Source: Sinorhizobium meliloti (lineage in GTDB: Bacteria > Pseudomonadota > Alphaproteobacteria > Rhizobiales > Rhizobiaceae). Taken from it: a stretch of DNA of 32,000 bases. The notes under the pieces were generated by a model that worked only from the letters and a program-made list of their open reading frames with translations, was not told the DNA's origin and did not search any database. Shown here one piece after another: positions 24,784 to 32,000 of this stretch (position 1 is the stretch's first letter; every line of letters begins with the position of its first letter). The stretch spans positions 2,220,001 to 2,252,000 of the forward strand of contig NZ_JAGIOS010000001.1 in NCBI RefSeq assembly GCF_017876815.1, written 5' to 3'. Made by a program: the position numbers and the translations under genes.

Positions 24784-25647
24784 GTGAATAGGCTAACCGA
24801 TTCTGGCCCGGTGAAGGAAAGGCTTGCGCATATCTGCGACGCGCAGCCTTTCGTGACGCGCTTCGTTGTGCGCAACCTCAAGACCGGAGAGACGATCGAA
24901 CGCGGCGCCGACGAGGAAACGCCTTCTGCCAGCACCCGCAAGACCTCGATCATGATGGCGGCGCTGAAGGCCGTGCACGAGGGGCGGCTGGATCTCGACG
25001 AGCCCATCACTTACGAAGCCCGCTTTGCCGAGGAAGTCGCGAGCGGCATGTTCCGGTATCTGACGCCGGGGATCGTGATTTCGTTGCGCGATGCCATAAC
25101 CGGCATGATGGTGCTGAGCGACAATGTCTGCACCAAGATGGTTTTCGAGCGTCTGACGCTGGAGGAAGTCGACAGCTACTGCAAATCGATCGGCATGCAC
25201 GGTACGCATCATCGCTTCCTCATTCCGCCGCTGGCCCTACCGCCGGATCATTCGCTGACCTCGGTCACGACCACGACAGCCCGCGATCAGGCCTTCCTGT
25301 TGCAGACGATCCTGGACGCGCAGACCTCTCCCGAGGTGATCGCGAAGCTCGGCACATCGCCGGAGTTGTGCGCTTATGCCTTGCAGACGCTGAAGAACCA
25401 GATCCTGCGCTATGCCATCCCGTCGCGCCTGCCGTTCGGCACGGTGGTTGCGCACAAGGGCGGCACCGGCAAGCGCGGCCGCATGAATGCCGGCATCGTC
25501 TACCGCGACGGCGCCCCCTTCTACATCATCTCCGCCTATACCGACGAAGTGCCGCAGGTCATGCCGGACGGCACACCGGGCTACACGATGGCGCTCGAGA
25601 CAATCGGCAGGCTCTCGCGTGCCTGCTGGGACGGATTCCACTCATAA
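24784..25647 (+). CDS. Class A beta-lactamase-fold serine hydrolase homologue, no signal peptide, atypical omega loop
   Basis: GTG start 1 nt after the ATPase stop. Motifs: SxxK (SASTRK), SDN (VLSDNV), K-[ST]-G-like (HKGGTGKRG). The C-terminal region aligns with the TEM region DKSGAGERGSRG. The N-terminus MNRLTDSGPVKERLAHICD has no hydrophobic leader. The segment HRFLIPPLALPPD replaces RWEPELNEAIPND, so there are no Glu166 or Asn170 equivalents. Confidence 0.8.
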   Translation: MNRLTDSGPVKERLAHICDAQPFVTRFVVRNLKTGETIERGADEETPSASTRKTSIMMAALKAVHEGRLDLDEPITYEARFAEEVASGMFRYLTPGIVISLRDAITGMMVLSDNVCTKMVFERLTLEEVDSYCKSIGMHGTHHRFLIPPLALPPDHSLTSVTTTTARDQAFLLQTILDAQTSPEVIAKLGTSPELCAYALQTLKNQILRYAIPSRLPFGTVVAHKGGTGKRGRMNAGIVYRDGAPFYIISAYTDEVPQVMPDGTPGYTMALETIGRLSRACWDGFHS

Positions 25648-25670
25648 CGATCAATAAAGAGGGTAGAACA

Positions 25671-27215
25671 ATGAAAAAGCTTCTTCTTGCGGGCGCCGCG
25701 CTGCTCGCCATGGCCAATACAGCAGCAGCACGCGACATCACCATCGCGCAGAGTTCCGACCTGCGCAGCAACAATCCGGGCGTCAACCGCGACGGCAATA
25801 CCGACAGCATCATCCTGCACATCGTCGAAGGCCTCGTCGGCTACAACAATGTCGGCGAAGTGAAGCCGCTCCTCGCCAAGAGCTTCGAGATGTCGGCCGA
25901 TGGGCTGACCTATACGTTCAAGTTGCGCACCGACGTGAAATTCCACAACGGCAAACCGATGACGGCCGACGACGTGGTGTGGAACTGGACGCGCTACCTC
26001 AAGCCCGAGACGAAGTGGACCTGCTTGAAAGATTTCGCAGAAGGCGGGGCCGCGCCTGTAGCCGGCGTCAAGGCCACCGATGCGGCGACCGTCGAGATCA
26101 CGCTCGCAAAGCCGTCGGCCGTTTTCCTTGGCCTGATGTCGCGTCCCGAATGCGGCTTTACCGGCATGATTTCGCCTGATTCCGTCGCTGCCGACGGCAG
26201 CTTCGCCCAGCCGATCGGGACCGGCCCCTTCATGTGGGGGGAGTGGAAGAAAGGCGAGTACATCCATCTCGAGAAATTCGCGGATTATGTATCGCCGGAA
26301 AACGAAGGAAAGCCGGACGGCATGGTCGGTTCGAAGCGGCCCCTTGCAGACGGTGTCAAGTTCATGGTCATTCCGGATGCCTCGACGGTGAAGGCAGGTC
26401 TGGAATCCGGTGTGCTCGACACGGCGGAAATCTCGCCGGATCTCATTCCCGAATTCCAGGCGAGCGACACGATGCAATTGATCGTCGCGCGCAATAACGG
26501 CAAGAATCTCTTCTACATTCAGACCCGCGACAAGGTCCTGAGCAATCCGGGCGTGCGCCGCGCCATGGCGATGGCGCTCGATCTGGATCAGCTCGTTGCT
26601 GCCGCCTCCAACGGCACGGGCGAGGCGAACGGCTCGATGGTGTCGCAGGACTCGGTCTATTTCAGCGAAACGCAGAAGAAGCGTCTTCCCTACGACATCG
26701 AGGCCGCCAAGAAGGAGCTGGCGGATGCCGGCTACAACGGCGAGCCGATCTCGATCATCGCCAACAAGCGCGGCAATGTGCCGAGCTTCCCGGCCGCCGT
26801 CATGGCGCAGGCGATGATGCAGCAGGCCGGCCTCAACGTTCAGATCGAGGTGCTGGACTACGCAACCCAGGTCGACCGACGCCGTTCCGGCAATTACCAG
26901 GTCATTTCGCAGTCGGTCGCGCCGCGCCTCGACCCCGCGCTGATGTATTCCTTCTACGTCGGCGACAAGGACGAGAACGCTTCTCTGATGTGGGACGATC
27001 CGAAAGCCATCGAACTGATGAACGCAGCCTATGCCGAGGCCGATCAGGTCAAGCGCCAGAAAATCTTCGACGAGTTCCATGAGCTCATGCTGAAGGAAAT
27101 GCCGGGCATCTTCCTTTACGACATGATCGATGTCTGGGGCGCGACCAAGAAGCTGAAGGGCCAGCCGGTCTGGCAGTCGAACGCCCGCCTTTGGGAAGTG
27201 TCGGTCACCGACTGA
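25671..27215 (+). CDS. ABC transporter substrate-binding protein, family 5 (peptide/opine/nickel type)
   Basis: Track ORF 25368..27215. Start at ATG 25671, behind a GAGGG SD. Signal peptide MKKLLLAGAALLAMANTAAA. SBP_bac_5-like sequence (TFKLRTDVKFHNGKPMTADDV). Confidence 0.9.
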   Translation: MKKLLLAGAALLAMANTAAARDITIAQSSDLRSNNPGVNRDGNTDSIILHIVEGLVGYNNVGEVKPLLAKSFEMSADGLTYTFKLRTDVKFHNGKPMTADDVVWNWTRYLKPETKWTCLKDFAEGGAAPVAGVKATDAATVEITLAKPSAVFLGLMSRPECGFTGMISPDSVAADGSFAQPIGTGPFMWGEWKKGEYIHLEKFADYVSPENEGKPDGMVGSKRPLADGVKFMVIPDASTVKAGLESGVLDTAEISPDLIPEFQASDTMQLIVARNNGKNLFYIQTRDKVLSNPGVRRAMAMALDLDQLVAAASNGTGEANGSMVSQDSVYFSETQKKRLPYDIEAAKKELADAGYNGEPISIIANKRGNVPSFPAAVMAQAMMQQAGLNVQIEVLDYATQVDRRRSGNYQVISQSVAPRLDPALMYSFYVGDKDENASLMWDDPKAIELMNAAYAEADQVKRQKIFDEFHELMLKEMPGIFLYDMIDVWGATKKLKGQPVWQSNARLWEVSVTD

Positions 27216-27298
27216 GCCCCCCTGTTACCTGTGCCGGGCGGCAGAACGCCGACCCGGCCAATCCATCATCCATCGGACCGATCCGGCGAAGCGACCTT

Positions 27299-27320
27299 TG
27301 CGCGTCTGAAAAGACGCGCA
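27299..27320 (+). other. Intercistronic stem-loop with a GAAA tetraloop between the SBP and M20 genes
   Basis: TGCGCGTCT-gaaa-AGACGCGCA: perfect 9-bp stem, no U-tract. Confidence 0.45.
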
Positions 27321-27377
27321 GCGCTGCAGGCGCCGGGCGATCTCCTGCGCCCGCCCATCGAAATACGAGGACATGTC

Positions 27378-28838
27378 ATGAACCGAGAGGACGTGATGTC
27401 GATTGCCGCGGCGATCGAATCGATGAAACCGGAGTTTACCCGCTTGAGCGACAGCATCTGGGATTTCGCCGAGCTGAAATTCGAGGAGCAGCGCTCGTCC
27501 GGGCTGCTTGCCAAGGCTCTCGAAGACAATGATTTTTCCGTTCGGCGCGGCGTGGCAGGCATGGACACGGCCTTTATCGGCGAGTCCGGCAGCGGCAAGC
27601 CGGTGATTGCCTTTCTCGGAGAATTCGATGCACTCGCCAGCATGAGCCAGGCCGCCGGGATTGCCGAGGCGAAGCCGCTTGTCGAAGGCGCCAGTGGCCA
27701 TGGCTGCGGCCATAACCTGCTCGGCGTCGGCTCGCTGATGGCGGCAATCGCACTCGCCCGGCATCTGAAGGCCAACAATCTGCCCGGGACGGTGCGCTAC
27801 TACGGCTGCCCTGGCGAGGAGGGCGGCTCCGGGAAGACCTTCATGGTGCGTGCCGGCCTGTTCGACGACGTCGACACCGCGCTCACCTGGCATCCGGCAC
27901 CGTTCAACGGAGTGCGCTCCACCAACAATCTTGCCGTTCTCGAATATTTCTACCGCTTCAAGGGCGTGGCCGCGCACGCCGCGAATGCTGCCCATCTCGG
28001 CCGTTCGGCACTCGACGCTGTCGAACTCATGAATGTCGGCGTCAACTTTCTGCGCGAGCACATGCCGCAGGATTGCCGGGTGCACTATGCAATCACCGAT
28101 GCCGGGGGCAGGGCGGCGAATGTCGTGCAGGCGAACGCCGAAGTGCTCTACCTGATCCGCGCGCCGGAAATGCCGCAGGCGCTGGACCTCGCCACGCGCG
28201 TCGAGAAGGTGGCGCGTGGTGCAGCCATGATGACCGAGACGGAGGTGGAGATCGTCTTCGACACGGCCTCGACCAACCTCCTGCCCAACATCACGCTCGA
28301 GACCGCCATGCATGAGAACATGGTGGCGCTCGGCCCGATCGCCTTCGACGAGGCCGACATCGCGTTCGCCAGATCCATTCAGGAGACGTTCTCGCAAGAG
28401 GCAATCAAAAGCAGCATCCGCCTCTACCAGATGAAGCGCGACGTCTTCTCCAACGCCAATGTCGATGGGTCGTCACCACTGCATCTCGGCCTGCGCGAAT
28501 TCGAAGGCCATTCACACTTCCGTGCCGGCTCGACCGATGTCGGCGATGTCAGCTGGGTGACGCCGACGGCGCAGTGCTGGGCGCCGGCATGGGCGATCGG
28601 CACCAACCCGCATACCTGGCAGGTCGTGGCGCAGGGCAAAAGCCCGATCGCCCACAAGGCCATGGCGCATGCCGCCAAGACGCTCGCCACGACGGGTCTG
28701 TCGCTCATGACTTCCCCGGACCTGCTTGCCGCCGCCAGGGCGGAATGGCTGGAGAAGACGGACGGGAAATCCTATGTCTGCCCCATTCCGGCGGATGTCA
28801 CTCCGGGATCGCATCCGCATGGTCGACCCGTCCGATGA
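27378..28838 (+). CDS. M20-family amidohydrolase (AbgB / aminobenzoyl-glutamate-utilisation protein B-like)
   Basis: Track ORF 27231..28838. Start at ATG 27378, behind a GAGGA SD. Motifs: GEFDAL, GHGCGHNLLG, GCPGEEGGSGK, AAHAA. Confidence 0.88.
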   Translation: MNREDVMSIAAAIESMKPEFTRLSDSIWDFAELKFEEQRSSGLLAKALEDNDFSVRRGVAGMDTAFIGESGSGKPVIAFLGEFDALASMSQAAGIAEAKPLVEGASGHGCGHNLLGVGSLMAAIALARHLKANNLPGTVRYYGCPGEEGGSGKTFMVRAGLFDDVDTALTWHPAPFNGVRSTNNLAVLEYFYRFKGVAAHAANAAHLGRSALDAVELMNVGVNFLREHMPQDCRVHYAITDAGGRAANVVQANAEVLYLIRAPEMPQALDLATRVEKVARGAAMMTETEVEIVFDTASTNLLPNITLETAMHENMVALGPIAFDEADIAFARSIQETFSQEAIKSSIRLYQMKRDVFSNANVDGSSPLHLGLREFEGHSHFRAGSTDVGDVSWVTPTAQCWAPAWAIGTNPHTWQVVAQGKSPIAHKAMAHAAKTLATTGLSLMTSPDLLAAARAEWLEKTDGKSYVCPIPADVTPGSHPHGRPVR

Positions 28839-28863
28839 TGGCGTTTCGGCTTCGATCCTTCCG

Positions 28864-29139
28864 TCAGGCGTCGACCGTCCCCGCCACCTCCATCTTCGGA
28901 TTGCGAAATCCCATCGCGATCCACGCTCCCAGCAGCTTTGCGTAGAACGGCACGGTATGGCTTTTCAGATTGGGGATGCGAACAGGGTTGTGCGGAGCAT
29001 AGTAGTGCGGAGTATAAAAGAGGAAAACCTCCACGAGAAGGGTTTCATCGGCGATCCGGTCAACAAGGCGAAGTCCGTTCGGGCTTACCGACGAAGGAAT
29101 CGCCCGGTCCGAAAAACTCTTCCGTGAGATGTTCTGCAT
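28864..29139 (-). CDS. Hypothetical small protein (91 aa), unrecognised family; possibly a gene remnant
   Basis: Inner ATG of track ORF 28864..29268: MQNISRKSFSDRAIPSSV...FLFYTPHYYAPHNPVRIPNLKSHTVPFYAKLLGAWIAMGFRNPKMEV. GC3 is about 68%, lower than neighbouring genes. The RBS is weak and I recognise no family motif. Confidence 0.25.
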   Translation of the reverse strand: MQNISRKSFSDRAIPSSVSPNGLRLVDRIADETLLVEVFLFYTPHYYAPHNPVRIPNLKSHTVPFYAKLLGAWIAMGFRNPKMEVAGTVDA

Positions 29140-29189
29140 CGGCAAATAAGCCTTCCCGGACGTTCTTCTCTTCTTCGAATCGCAAAAAT

Positions 29190-29262
29190 ACTCTAGCTCT
29201 TCTGCTTTGACGCAATTGCTGGCGGGAATCGCTAGGCGGGTCTCCCGGAATTGCTGCAGAGG
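29190..29262 (-). repeat. Degenerate RIME-like repeat copy, inverted orientation
   Basis: GACGCAATTGCTGGCGGGAATCGCTAGGCGGGTCTCCCGGAATTGCTGC aligns by eye at about 70% identity with the reverse complement of copy 15617-15665. Confidence 0.45.
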
Positions 29263-29273
29263 CGGCACGGCGT

Positions 29274-30266
29274 ATGAAGCGGAAACTCATTGACGTCGCG
29301 AGGCGCGCCGGCGTCGGACATGCGACGGTCGATCGGGTTCTGAACGAGCGCGGCGGGGTACGGCCCGAGACGGCGAAGCGGGTTCTGGACGCGGCACGGG
29401 ATCTGGGGTTCGATCGCAAGCTTCCCACGCTCTACCGGCAAGGTCTGCGCTTCGAGGTGCTGCTGGGGCGACGGCAGATGCCGCTCTGCGCCAGATTGAG
29501 CGACGCCATCGTCCGCTTCGGCCGGCCGTTTAAGGATATCGTCGCGATCGAGCGGACCTTCGTCGACGAGACCCGGCCCGAACTGGTCGCGGAAGCCATT
29601 CTCAAAAGCCGCGGCAACGCGCTGGTCGTCTACGGCCAGGATCATGAACTGATCATCGATGCCATAGCCGAGGTCACATCGGCCGGAAAACCCGTCGTCA
29701 CCATCGTGTCGGACGTCCCCTCGGCGCCGCGCCTAAGCTATGTCGGCATCGACCACTACAAGGCCGGGCGCTGTGCGGCCTTCTTCCTGGCGAAAATGGC
29801 GGGGGAGGGCAGCATCGTCCTGCTGTGCAGCAGCCTCTACTATCGGGCAGAGGCGGAGCGGATCAGCGGTTGCCGGGACGGCATGGCGGATCATGCGGAC
29901 CGGCAGTCGGTCTCGGCGCTCGTCGAACTCGACGAGAACGATCCGTTCGCGGGCGAAGAGTTGTCCAAGGCGCTCGAGGCCGGCAAGGTGACGGGCATAT
30001 ACAATGCCGGCGTGAGCCATGCCGTCCTTGGACGCGCTCTCGCGGCCCATTCCCTCGGTCCGCCCCCTGTTCTCGTCGGCCACGACATCTCGCCGGATGC
30101 GGAGCGCATGCTGCAGGAGGGGGTAATGACGTTGGTGATAGACCAGAATCCCGACCTGCAGGTCCGCAAAGCCTTGCTTATCCTTGCATCGCGCTTCGGA
30201 TTGCCGGGCGGCGTCGCCGAGAGCCCGGTCGTGCCCTTCACCGTGCTCGTCAGGGATAGTCTCTGA
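29274..30266 (+). CDS. LacI-family transcriptional regulator
   Basis: 330 aa. N-terminal HTH (KLIDVARRAGVGHATVDRVLNERGGV) plus a periplasmic-binding-protein-like effector domain. Confidence 0.9.
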   Translation: MKRKLIDVARRAGVGHATVDRVLNERGGVRPETAKRVLDAARDLGFDRKLPTLYRQGLRFEVLLGRRQMPLCARLSDAIVRFGRPFKDIVAIERTFVDETRPELVAEAILKSRGNALVVYGQDHELIIDAIAEVTSAGKPVVTIVSDVPSAPRLSYVGIDHYKAGRCAAFFLAKMAGEGSIVLLCSSLYYRAEAERISGCRDGMADHADRQSVSALVELDENDPFAGEELSKALEAGKVTGIYNAGVSHAVLGRALAAHSLGPPPVLVGHDISPDAERMLQEGVMTLVIDQNPDLQVRKALLILASRFGLPGGVAESPVVPFTVLVRDSL

Positions 30267-30345
30267 CGCGAGTGCTCCGTTCTCAGTGGACATGTTGCGA
30301 CCCGGTCGAGCCGCGGGGTGCCGACCGTCGCGCGCATCATTTGCG

Positions 30346-30363
30346 TTGAGGGAATTCCCTCAA
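30346..30363. promoter_or_regulatory. Perfect 18-bp palindrome TTGAGGGAATTCCCTCAA downstream of the LacI gene and upstream of the Tat-SBP operon
   Basis: Self-complementary over all 18 nt. Lies 80 nt after the LacI stop and about 305 nt before ATG 30668. Confidence 0.4.
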
Positions 30364-30443
30364 AATACCTCTGGGCCACACCATGCATGTTGCTATTCTG
30401 AAACAACCAGAGGCTGAGGTTTCGAGGAGCGGCTGCGGAGCGT

Positions 30444-30467
30444 GAGGTGCAGGGAGTGCTGCACCTC
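30444..30467. other. Hairpin GAGGTGCAG-ggagtg-CTGCACCTC (9-bp stem)
   Basis: Perfect 9-bp arms, followed by TTCTCG with no real U-tract. Confidence 0.5.
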
Positions 30468-30483
30468 TTCTCGCGGGCCCCCT

Positions 30484-30530
30484 CTGCTGCATGTCTCCCT
30501 TGATCGCCGATCAAAGGAGACATGCAGCAG
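30484..30530. other. 47-nt near-perfect hairpin or palindrome
   Basis: CTGCTGCATGTCTCC-c-TTGATC-gcc-GATCAA-a-GGAGACATGCAGCAG: 21 bp of pairing, one C/A mismatch and a 3-nt loop. The inner 15-bp palindrome is TTGATCGCCGATCAA. Confidence 0.6.
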
Positions 30531-30589
30531 ATCAAAGTGCCACAGCAACTTTTGCGCGTCTGATGGGATGCGCGGCGCTGGAGGGAGGA

Positions 30590-30615
30590 CGACGATCGGG
30601 AGGAAGCGATCGTCG
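30590..30615. other. Hairpin CGACGATCG-ggaggaag-CGATCGTCG (9-bp stem)
   Basis: Perfect 9-bp arms, 52 nt upstream of the SBP start codon. Confidence 0.5.
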
Positions 30616-30667
30616 GCTGGAAAGCGCGGCTTCGGAATCGGGCACACTGTCAGCCACGGAGGAAACG

Positions 30668-31702
30668 ATGACAGAAAAGAACGGGAATGAACGGAATGAA
30701 AGCAATGCGGGGCCCGGCGTCGGTCGCCGCCTGTTTCTGAAAACGGCGGGCATAGGCGGCGTGGCGGCAGCCAGCGGATTGGCCGCGCCGGCACTCGCAA
30801 CGGGCGCAAAGCGGAAAGTCGTTTTCGTTGCGCATGAGGATATCCCATTCTTCGCCCCGGTTCGTGCCGGTTTCAAGGAGTTCGGCACCCTACGCGACTG
30901 GGATGCCCAATTCTTCGCCCGCGGCACGCCGGCAAACGTCGCCGAAACCGTGCGGCTGCAGGTCGATGCGTTGAATTCCAAGCCCGATGCCGTCGGCTTT
31001 ACCCGCATCAACGAAACCGCTTTCGACGAAAACATCATGCGCGCCAAGGACGCCGGCATTCCCGTCGTTCTCTACAACGTGGCGAGCGCCGGCTACGAGA
31101 AGCTGGACGTTCCCTTCGTGGGCCAGGATTTCATCCCCGCCGGCCGGGTGAACGGGCTTCAGGCCGCCAAATATGCCCATCAGCTTACCGGTAAGACCGA
31201 AGGCAGGATCCTGATCGATAATCCCTCGCCCGGCGTCAGCGCCCTGGAAGAGCGCGCCACGGGCACTGAGCAGGGTATCGACGAATACAACAAGCAAAAC
31301 GGGACCAACTACACATACGAGACTTTCACCACCGCCAACAGCCAGACCGAGGCGTTGTCGCGCATCGACGCCAAGATGCGCGCAACTCCCGATGTGGTCG
31401 GCTTTGCCAGCACTGTCTCAGGCAACTGGTTCGCCGCGATCTGGGCCGAGGACAACGGAATGACCGGAAAATTCGCCAATGGCGGGTTTGACCTCATCCC
31501 GGGCGTCCTCGAGGCCATCGCCGCGGAGACGTCCCACTGGGCGATCGGGCAGAACCCCTTTGCCCAGGGCTGGGTCACGGCGTCGCTGCTCGATATGCAG
31601 CTCGAGGCCGGGTACAAGCCGTTCGACTACGACACGGGCGCCGAAGTCGTCGACAAATCGAACATCGAAGCGGTGGCCGAGCGCGAGGCGCGCTTCGGCT
31701 AA
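30668..31702 (+). CDS. Sugar ABC transporter substrate-binding protein with twin-arginine (Tat) signal
   Basis: Track ORF 30491..31702. Start at ATG 30668, behind a GGAGGA SD. Tat consensus in GVGRRLFLKTAGIGGVAAASGLAAPALA. PBP type I sugar-binding-like body. Confidence 0.85.
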   Translation: MTEKNGNERNESNAGPGVGRRLFLKTAGIGGVAAASGLAAPALATGAKRKVVFVAHEDIPFFAPVRAGFKEFGTLRDWDAQFFARGTPANVAETVRLQVDALNSKPDAVGFTRINETAFDENIMRAKDAGIPVVLYNVASAGYEKLDVPFVGQDFIPAGRVNGLQAAKYAHQLTGKTEGRILIDNPSPGVSALEERATGTEQGIDEYNKQNGTNYTYETFTTANSQTEALSRIDAKMRATPDVVGFASTVSGNWFAAIWAEDNGMTGKFANGGFDLIPGVLEAIAAETSHWAIGQNPFAQGWVTASLLDMQLEAGYKPFDYDTGAEVVDKSNIEAVAEREARFG

Positions 31703-31802
31703 GCGAGCGGTCACGTGCGCCCCGCACGGGGCGGCACATGTCAAAGGGCGAGGGCGATACCGGCGACTTGTTTCGTCGGCATCGCTCGAGCGGGGAGGAC
31801 AC

Positions 31803-32000
31803 ATGCTTCGAGTTCAAAACCTGACCAAACGCTTCGGCCATGTGACGGCCATAAGCAACGTTTCGGCCAATATCCGCAAGGGCCGGGTGACCGCTCTCCT
31901 GGGCGATAACGGTGCTGGCAAATCCACCTTGGTCAAGATGATCTGTGGAACCTATAAGCCGACGCAAGGCAGCGTCTGGGTCAATGGCAAACAGGTCCAC
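31803..32000 (+). CDS. ABC transporter ATP-binding protein, N-terminal part (runs off the right window edge)
   Basis: Not in the track because it is truncated. ATG 31803 follows a GGGGAGGA SD. Translation is MLRVQNLTKRFGHVTAISNVSANIRKGRVTALLGDNGAGKSTLVKMI, which contains Walker A. Confidence 0.8.
   Translation, partial: MLRVQNLTKRFGHVTAISNVSANIRKGRVTALLGDNGAGKSTLVKMICGTYKPTQGSVWVNGKQVH

Noticed and set aside
24784-25647. Calling the class A beta-lactamase homologue an antibiotic-resistance gene.
   Set aside because: It has no export signal, the omega loop apparently lacks the Glu166 and Asn170 equivalents, and it is embedded in a nutrient-importer operon. A resistance function cannot be supported from the sequence.
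27297-27309. A 13-nt identity, TTTGCGCGTCTGA, shared with 30551..30563.
   Set aside because: Several chance 13-mer matches are expected among all position pairs in a 32-kb GC-biased window. There is no extended similarity on either side.
30516-30562. Short ORF MQQIKVPQQLLRV, starting inside the right arm of the 47-nt palindrome after an AAGGAG-like sequence.
   Set aside because: The SD-to-ATG spacing is only about 2 nt. A mirror-image ATG and SD-like pair exists on the other strand purely because of the palindrome, so this is most likely a by-product of the symmetry.

Overview
This window is high-GC (about 62%), densely coding alphaproteobacterial DNA. Gene content and RIME-like intergenic repeats point to a Rhizobiaceae accessory replicon (chromid or megaplasmid); that assignment is inference. 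I recognised no rRNA, tRNA, CRISPR array, transposase, integrase or phage gene. There are five modules. (1) 1-12474, minus strand: a 14-gene co-directional cluster with gaps of -4 to 35 nt. It holds four SDRs, a GldA-type dehydrogenase, an AroE-like dehydrogenase, a 2-hydroxyacid dehydrogenase, two FGGY kinases, a DERA-type and a KDPG-type aldolase, an archaeal-type cupin phosphoglucose isomerase, a UlaG-like MBL hydrolase and an embedded RpiR regulator. (2) 12716-15616: a GntR/FadR regulator, a divergent Ldh_2-family dehydrogenase, an unannotated 40-aa signal-peptide sORF and another SDR. (3) 16079-20055: a CUT2-type sugar ABC transporter (SBP, duplicated ATPase, permease) whose cistrons are separated by large palindromic repeat elements. 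(4) 20314-28838: a LysR regulator, a peptide/opine-type ABC importer in atypical gene order, a leaderless class A beta-lactamase homologue lacking the Glu166 and Asn170 equivalents, and an AbgB-like M20 amidohydrolase. (5) 29274-32000: a LacI regulator, a 400-bp hairpin-rich leader, a Tat-signal sugar SBP and the start of an ABC ATPase. The most notable sequence-level signal is a 15-bp operator box, AAAATGTAG-N5-yTAC, with the same GTA-N7-TAC architecture as HexR/RpiR operators. It occurs as two pairs, one upstream of the 14-gene cluster and one upstream of the sugar ABC operon. This suggests a single RpiR-controlled regulon for an unassigned polyol, ketose or sugar-acid pathway. Many long ORFs in the track are GC-driven shadow frames or spurious N-terminal extensions, and I re-assigned starts accordingly.
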